Positions 58,464 through 64,000 of a stretch of 64,000 bases of DNA are shown in pieces. Source of the DNA: Acidobacteriota bacterium (GTDB taxonomy: Bacteria; Acidobacteriota; UBA890; WLXD01); NCBI GenBank assembly GCA_963666055.2, contig CAXWPH010000014.1, positions 288,001 through 352,000 of the forward strand, given 5' to 3'. The notes beneath the pieces were generated by a model. That model made no database searches. It was not told the origin of the DNA and worked only from the letters and a program-made list of their open reading frames with translations. A program made the translations under genes and the position numbers. Numbering within the stretch: the stretch's first letter is position 1; every line of letters starts with the position of its first letter.

Positions 58464-60046
58464 GCGACCTGTTGGTGGGCCAGTCCTATTTCCTACGCTT
58501 CGACCCGAAGCTCCACCGGGCAATGCGGCCGCAGCCGCCACTGGGATCGTTGTGGGCCGCATCGTGCGCCCGCGAGCAAGGCCACTCGGTGCAGGTGTTC
58601 GACGCCATGCTTGCAGAGTCGGAGGACGACTGGGCGACGGCGCTGGAGCAAGCGCATCCGCGTTTCGCTGTGCTGTTCGAAGACAACTTCAACTACCTGT
58701 CGAAGATGTGTCTGCTGCGCATGCGCGAGGCGGCGTTTCGCATGATCGCAATGGCACGCAAACGCCAGTGCGAGGTAATCGTATGCGGCTCCGATGCCAC
58801 CGATCACTCGCCTGAGTACCTCGAGCAGGGGGCCGACTACGTGCTCAGCGGCGAGGGCGAGGCCACCTTGATCGAGCTCTTGGCCTCGCGTACCGGGCGC
58901 GGCGAACAACCCGTGGAAGCGATCGCAGGTCTGCGCTTCCTGGCAGCCGATGGCAGCCTTCGCGACACCGGCAGCCGGCCGCTGCTAACCGATCTCGATG
59001 CGTTGCCTGCACCGGCGCGGGACCTGATCGACATGGAGCGCTATGCGTCGATCTGGCGGCAACGCCACGGTGTGTTCTCGCTGAACATGGCCACCACCCG
59101 CGGCTGTCCGTTTCACTGCAACTGGTGCGCCAAGCCCATCTGGGGGCAGGCGTACCACATCCGTAGCCCTGAGCACGTGGTCACCGAGATGGCGCAACTA
59201 GTCGAGCAATACGGCGTGGAGCACATCGACTTCGCCGACGACATCATGGGACTGCAGCCTGGATGGCTGGGGCAATTTGCCGACTGCCTTGCCGACGCCG
59301 GGCTCGGCGTGCCCTACAAGTGTCTGAGCCGCACCGACCTGCTGTTGCGCAAAGGCGAGATCGACGCGCTGCGACGCTCCGGTTGCAGCACCGTCTGGAT
59401 GGGGGCAGAGTCGGGCTCGCAGAAGATCCTCGATGCGATGGAGAAGGGCACCACGGTCGAGCAGGTCGAGGAGGCCAGCGCGAAGCTGCGCCAGGCGGGA
59501 ATTGGCGTCGGGTTCTTCCTGCAGTTTGGTTATCCGGGCGAGACCTACGCTGACATCGATCAGACGCGAAGGCTGGTGCGACGCTGCTCGCCCGATGAGA
59601 TCGGCATCTCGGTGTCGTACCCGCTGCCCGGCACCAAGTTCCATGATCGCGTTCAGGAGCAGTTCGGCGCGCAGCGCAACTGGGTAGATTCCGACGACAT
59701 GGCAATGCTCTACGCCGGCCCGTACAGCCCCTCGTTCTACCGTCGGCTGTACCGCGTTGTGCAGCTCGAGTTCCGTCGCGACCGAGCGCTTGCCGAGTCC
59801 ATCGGCCGCGATCACCGCCCGACCTCGACGCGCCGACGACGACTGCGGTGTGTCGCCGCAGCCACGGCGCACACCCTGCGCTTGCCATTCGAGCGTTGGC
59901 AGTTACAACGGCTGCGGCGGCAATCGCCGGGCGGGCCGCAGCTCACCGCGCAGCCGGTCGATCGTGAAGATGCCGCCACTCCGACCCCGCAGCCTGCGCC
60001 GCACCCCACCCCGCAGCCAACCGCGCTGCGAGCCCCGCAAGGCTGA
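58460..60046 (+). CDS. B12-binding radical SAM protein 1
   Basis: PPLG, GEGE.T, RGCPFHCNWC, FADD, GAESGSQ. Confidence 0.92.
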   Translation: MSDLLVGQSYFLRFDPKLHRAMRPQPPLGSLWAASCAREQGHSVQVFDAMLAESEDDWATALEQAHPRFAVLFEDNFNYLSKMCLLRMREAAFRMIAMARKRQCEVIVCGSDATDHSPEYLEQGADYVLSGEGEATLIELLASRTGRGEQPVEAIAGLRFLAADGSLRDTGSRPLLTDLDALPAPARDLIDMERYASIWRQRHGVFSLNMATTRGCPFHCNWCAKPIWGQAYHIRSPEHVVTEMAQLVEQYGVEHIDFADDIMGLQPGWLGQFADCLADAGLGVPYKCLSRTDLLLRKGEIDALRRSGCSTVWMGAESGSQKILDAMEKGTTVEQVEEASAKLRQAGIGVGFFLQFGYPGETYADIDQTRRLVRRCSPDEIGISVSYPLPGTKFHDRVQEQFGAQRNWVDSDDMAMLYAGPYSPSFYRRLYRVVQLEFRRDRALAESIGRDHRPTSTRRRRLRCVAAATAHTLRLPFERWQLQRLRRQSPGGPQLTAQPVDREDAATPTPQPAPHPTPQPTALRAPQG

Positions 60047-60051
60047 GAGCG

Positions 60052-61434
60052 ATGCGGCGGAATGTCGTCCTGTACAACCCGCAGGCGGTCTTCTTCACCA
60101 TGCCGCTCGGTCTCCTGGCGGTCGGATCGGCGCTCGACCCCAGCCGCTATTCGGTACGGATCATCGATGCCCGGCTGGAAGCGAGGCCGCATGAAGCGCT
60201 CGTTACCGCCGCCAAGGACGCCGTTTGTGTGGGGATCGGCGCGCTGGCGGCTTCCAGAGCCATCAAGAGCCGCTTCCCCGAGCTGCCCGTGGTGTGGGGC
60301 GGCTGGCACCCGTCGCTCTTTCCGACCGCGACGCTCCAGGAGCCCGCCATCGACATAACGGTGCAGGGGCAAGGCGAGCAGACGTTCGCCGAGCTCGTTG
60401 AGCGGCTAAACCGGGGCGATGACCTGGCGGGATTGCCAGGCATCGCCTATCGGGACGGCGACCGTGCATTGCAGAACGCCCCGCGCGCACTTGCCTCCAT
60501 GGACGAGCTGCCACAGCCGGACTACGGGCTCATCGACGTGCCCGCCTACTTCGCCAGGAAGGGCACGCCGCAGTTCGATTTCATCTCCTCGACCGGTTGC
60601 CATTTCCGCTGCGCCTTCTGCGCCGATCCATTCGTATACAAGCGCGGCTGGGTGGCGCTGTCGCCGCCGCGCTTCGGCGACCTGATCGAGGAGCATTGGC
60701 GCCGCTATCGCTTCGATGAGCTGGCGTTCCAGGACGAGACCTTCTTCACCTACCGCGATCGTGTGGCGGCGATCGCCGAGGAGATCCTGCGGCGCGACCT
60801 GCGCTTCAGCTGGACGGCGACGATGCGCGCCGACCAGGGGACTCGGCTCACCAACGAGATCTTCGAGCACTGCGTACGCTCGGGCATGAGCCGGCTGCTG
60901 ATCGGGGTGGAGTCGGGCGATCAGGCAACGCTCGATTGGATGCAGAAGGACATCACGATCGACCAGGTCATGCAGTGCGCCGAGCTTTGCGCACGCCACC
61001 GAGTCGGAGCGCAGTTCCCGTTCATCGTCGGCTTCCCCGGAGAGCGATACGAGAGCGTCGAGCGCTCGCTGCGGCTGGCGCACCGGCTGCGTCGCATGAG
61101 CCCGCGCTTCGAGACGCCGATCTTCTACTTCAAGCCCTACCCGGGCTCGCCGATCACCGCGCAGGCGGTGCGAGACGGATACGAGCTACCGGCCGATCTG
61201 CAGGGTTGGGCCGACTTCGACTTCATCGGCTCCGCCGGCCCCTGGGTGAGCGCTGAGCTCTTTCGCCATGTCGAGCGGTTCAAGTTCTACAACCGTTTCG
61301 CCGGCGGGCCGGACAGGTTGCTCAAGCGACCGCTCTCTTGGTTGGCTCGCTGGCGCTGCCGACACGATTTCTTCGCGCTGCCGATAGAGAAGCTCGTCGT
61401 TGAGCAACTGGCGCCCACACCGCAGCTTTCCTGA
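60052..61434 (+). CDS. B12-binding radical SAM protein 2
   Basis: MPLGLL, WGGWHPS, GQGE.T, GCHFRCAFC, FQDE, GVESG. Confidence 0.92.
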   Translation: MRRNVVLYNPQAVFFTMPLGLLAVGSALDPSRYSVRIIDARLEARPHEALVTAAKDAVCVGIGALAASRAIKSRFPELPVVWGGWHPSLFPTATLQEPAIDITVQGQGEQTFAELVERLNRGDDLAGLPGIAYRDGDRALQNAPRALASMDELPQPDYGLIDVPAYFARKGTPQFDFISSTGCHFRCAFCADPFVYKRGWVALSPPRFGDLIEEHWRRYRFDELAFQDETFFTYRDRVAAIAEEILRRDLRFSWTATMRADQGTRLTNEIFEHCVRSGMSRLLIGVESGDQATLDWMQKDITIDQVMQCAELCARHRVGAQFPFIVGFPGERYESVERSLRLAHRLRRMSPRFETPIFYFKPYPGSPITAQAVRDGYELPADLQGWADFDFIGSAGPWVSAELFRHVERFKFYNRFAGGPDRLLKRPLSWLARWRCRHDFFALPIEKLVVEQLAPTPQLS

Positions 61435-61438
61435 GCCC

Positions 61439-62866
61439 ATGAACCTACTGCTCACCCACGCGTATTTTCTCCAGCAGGACAGACACGAGCAGCAGCTCAT
61501 GCGCCCGTATCCGCCCCTCGGGCTCCTCTATATCTCGGCCTACCTCAAAGCGCACGGGACAGAGGTGGCTGTCTTCGACACCACCTTCAGCTCGCGGCAC
61601 GAGTTCCGCCGCCACCTGCAGCGTACGCGGCCCCGCATCGTCGGCATCTACGTCAACCTGATGACACGCGCTAGCGCCCTCCAGACGATCTCCGACTGTC
61701 GCGAGTTCGGCAGCATCGTGGTGGTGGGCGGACCGGAGCCGGCCGGGTACGCCGACGAGTACCTCACAGCCGGCGCCGACGTCGTGGTGGACGGCGAGGG
61801 TGAGATCACCCTACGGGAGCTGGTGCCGCACCTGCTGGAACACGGCGTTGCGGACCTCGATGCGATCGACGGGATCATCTACCGCCCCGACACATCGAAC
61901 GGTGCCGACCAACGCGCCCCCGTACGCACAGCCGCGAGAGCACAGATCAGCGATCTGGATACGCTTCCCGACCCCGACCGCGAGGCCATCGACATTGATC
62001 GCTATGTCGACGTGTGGCGCACCCATCATGGGGCCGGCTCGGTATCGTTGATCACCGCTCGAGGGTGCCCGTACAAGTGCAATTGGTGCAGCCACAGCGT
62101 GTTCGGCTTCTCTCACCGGCGTCGATCCCCGGTGCGTGTCGCCGACGAGCTCGAGCACATCGTGAGCCGCTACCGCCCCGACCAGGTCTGGTATGCCGAC
62201 GACGTGTTCACGATCAATCATCGCTGGCTTCACGAGTACGGTGACGAACTGGAGCGCCGTGGTCTCCGGGTGCCATTCGAGACCATCTCGCGCGAGGATC
62301 GCCTCGATACCGAGAGCATCGCGCGACTCGCCTCCATGGGGTGCCGCCGCCTATGGGTTGGCGCGGAGAGTGGATCGCAGCGTGTCCTCGACGCTATGCA
62401 GCGCCAGACAGACGCACCGCGCGTCGAGCAGATCGTCCACGAGCTACAACAACACGGCATCGAGGTCGGTCTGTTCATCATGCTCGGCTACGAAGGCGAG
62501 CGGATGAGCGACATCGAGGAGACCGTGGCGTTTCTCAAACGGGCACGGCCAGACCGCTTCGTTACCACGGTTGCCTATCCCATCAGGGGAACCAAGTACT
62601 ATCAGCGCGTCTCGGATCGGCTCGTCGTGCCGCAGTCGTGGGCGACCAGCACCGATCGCGACATCTCGGTGCGTGGCAGGCACTCCGACAGGTTTTATCG
62701 CTGCGCCACCCGCTGGATGGTCAACGAGGTCGAGCGCGCGCGCCTACGCAGCAGCGACCGACCCGGCTATGGGCGGCTCGCCCGCGCCACCGTCAAGGCC
62801 CACGTAGGGCGTCTCGGTATGCACCTCCTGCGGCACCAGCAGCGGACTGCAGCACCGCAGCCATGA
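61439..62866 (+). CDS. B12-binding radical SAM protein 3
   Basis: PYPPLGLLY, GGP, GEGE.T, RGCPYKCNWC, YADD, GAESGSQ. Confidence 0.93.
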   Translation: MNLLLTHAYFLQQDRHEQQLMRPYPPLGLLYISAYLKAHGTEVAVFDTTFSSRHEFRRHLQRTRPRIVGIYVNLMTRASALQTISDCREFGSIVVVGGPEPAGYADEYLTAGADVVVDGEGEITLRELVPHLLEHGVADLDAIDGIIYRPDTSNGADQRAPVRTAARAQISDLDTLPDPDREAIDIDRYVDVWRTHHGAGSVSLITARGCPYKCNWCSHSVFGFSHRRRSPVRVADELEHIVSRYRPDQVWYADDVFTINHRWLHEYGDELERRGLRVPFETISREDRLDTESIARLASMGCRRLWVGAESGSQRVLDAMQRQTDAPRVEQIVHELQQHGIEVGLFIMLGYEGERMSDIEETVAFLKRARPDRFVTTVAYPIRGTKYYQRVSDRLVVPQSWATSTDRDISVRGRHSDRFYRCATRWMVNEVERARLRSSDRPGYGRLARATVKAHVGRLGMHLLRHQQRTAAPQP

Positions 62867-63714
62867 ACACACTGCCCGCCTCGCTCGTTGGCGCTTCGGC
62901 CGCCTTCGACGACCTCGCAAACGATTACGACCGCACCTTCAGCCACCGGACCCTAGGGCGCTGGTTGCGTCAATCGGTGCATTCTCGGCTGCGTGCATAC
63001 ACGGCAGGCGATCGCGTCATCGAGCTCGGCTGCGGTACCGGCGAGGACGCGCTGTGGCTGGCTCAGCGCGGTGTGCGTGTGGTGGCCATCGACGCTTCGG
63101 CGGCAATGCTGTCGGTAGCCGAGCGCAAGCTCCGCAGCGCCGGGCTCGCCGATCGCGTGCGCCTGCAACAGGTCGATCTCAATGCGCCTCCGACCGACCT
63201 GCAACGAGCGCTGGCGGGCGACGAGCCGGTCAACAACGAGCTCTTCGACGGTTGTCTGTCGAACTTCGGCGCACTCAACTGCGTCGGTGCTCGCCCGGCG
63301 CTCGCCGGCGCGGTCGCCAGCGTTATGCGCCCCGGCGCACGACTCACGGTTGTCGTGATGGGCCCCGTATGCCCCTGGGAGATCGCCTCGTTCACGCTCC
63401 GCGGCCGGCTACCGAGCGCCTGCCGGCGGCGGCGTGGACGCGCCCGCGCGCCTATCGGCGACCACACCGTCGTCGTCGACTATCCGACCCCGCGGCGCCT
63501 GCGGCGTGAGCTGACACCGTGGTTTCGAGCTCTCGGCACGCGTGGGATCGGCGTCTTGCTACCGCCCTCGCAGCTCGCCCACCTCGTGGAGCGGCGCACG
63601 GCGGCATTCGAGCGCTTGCGTCGCTGGGAGGAGCGCATCGCACACCTACGACCGGCCGCGTGGTTAAGCGATCACTACCTACTGGAGATGGAGCGTCGTG
63701 ACGATGAACTGTGA
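62863..63714 (+). CDS. Class I SAM-dependent methyltransferase
   Basis: FD.LA..YD..F, ELGCGTGEDA, SNFGALNC; ATGA overlap. Confidence 0.9.
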   Translation: MNTLPASLVGASAAFDDLANDYDRTFSHRTLGRWLRQSVHSRLRAYTAGDRVIELGCGTGEDALWLAQRGVRVVAIDASAAMLSVAERKLRSAGLADRVRLQQVDLNAPPTDLQRALAGDEPVNNELFDGCLSNFGALNCVGARPALAGAVASVMRPGARLTVVVMGPVCPWEIASFTLRGRLPSACRRRRGRARAPIGDHTVVVDYPTPRRLRRELTPWFRALGTRGIGVLLPPSQLAHLVERRTAAFERLRRWEERIAHLRPAAWLSDHYLLEMERRDDEL

Positions 63715-63731
63715 TCGTGCCGGCACACTCG

Positions 63732-64000
63732 TCAGTCGACGTTATCGCGAGCCTCACGGCGTTGAACAACTCGTTCATAGAGCGCCGCCAGGCGTTCCGC
63801 CATCGCGGCGAAGCTGAGCCGGCAATCGAACCGCTCGGCGACACGCCGCGCCACCTCGGCCGGACCCTCGGCCCAGATGCTCTGCACTCTCTGCGCCAGG
63901 GCAGCGGCGTCTCCCACTGGGAACAGCAGGCCGTCGAGCTCCGCGCCGAGCATCTCGCGAAACGCCGGAATGTCGGTGACCACCGGGATTACGCCGCACG
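63732..64000 (-). CDS. GT4 glycosyltransferase, 3' part (runs off the window)
   Basis: CGVIPVVTDIPAFRE, LFPVGDAAALA. Confidence 0.8.
   Translation of the reverse strand, partial: CGVIPVVTDIPAFREMLGAELDGLLFPVGDAAALAQRVQSIWAEGPAEVARRVAERFDCRLSFAAMAERLAALYERVVQRREARDNVD

Noticed and set aside
56560-58815. 751-aa ORF as one large protein
   Set aside because: The first 257 codons overlap the GT4 gene out of frame and the tail is frameshift read-through into rSAM1; the real gene is about 57331-58463.
58460-62866. RiPP maturation or hopanoid methylation by the radical SAM trio
   Set aside because: No precursor peptide, SPASM/RRE domains or hpn/shc genes in the window.

Overview
GC-rich bacterial DNA, probably Acidobacteriota (inferred from an acidobacterial VWA-related protein and typical Hanks kinases). 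Bases 1-46.3 kb are an eroded accessory patchwork of periplasmic hydrolases and dehydrogenases and amino-acid/amine catabolic genes. It holds many gene stubs, three copies of a CTAG-targeting 271-bp MITE, scattered IS6-like ends and a likely DsrE selenoprotein, and ends at an initiator tRNA-Met with att-like flanks. Bases 46.4-64 kb are a putative glycan/lipid-modification cluster: 2 SAM methyltransferases, a NUDIX hydrolase, 3 GT4 glycosyltransferases, a Pol-beta-type nucleotidyltransferase and three tandem B12-binding radical SAM enzymes. The most striking structure is a ~7.2-kb island (49073-56265) with no visible integrase. It is inserted at an 8-bp TACAAGGA core in codons 7-9 of a GT4 gene and supplies a recoded replacement 5' end plus a -10 box. 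Inside it, small cargo genes are separated by 59-bp direct repeats, and a 51-bp motif near its end recurs at 881-931. All calls come from reading the sequence by eye; no database searches were run. Several single-base frameshifts lie in homopolymers and may be sequencing errors.
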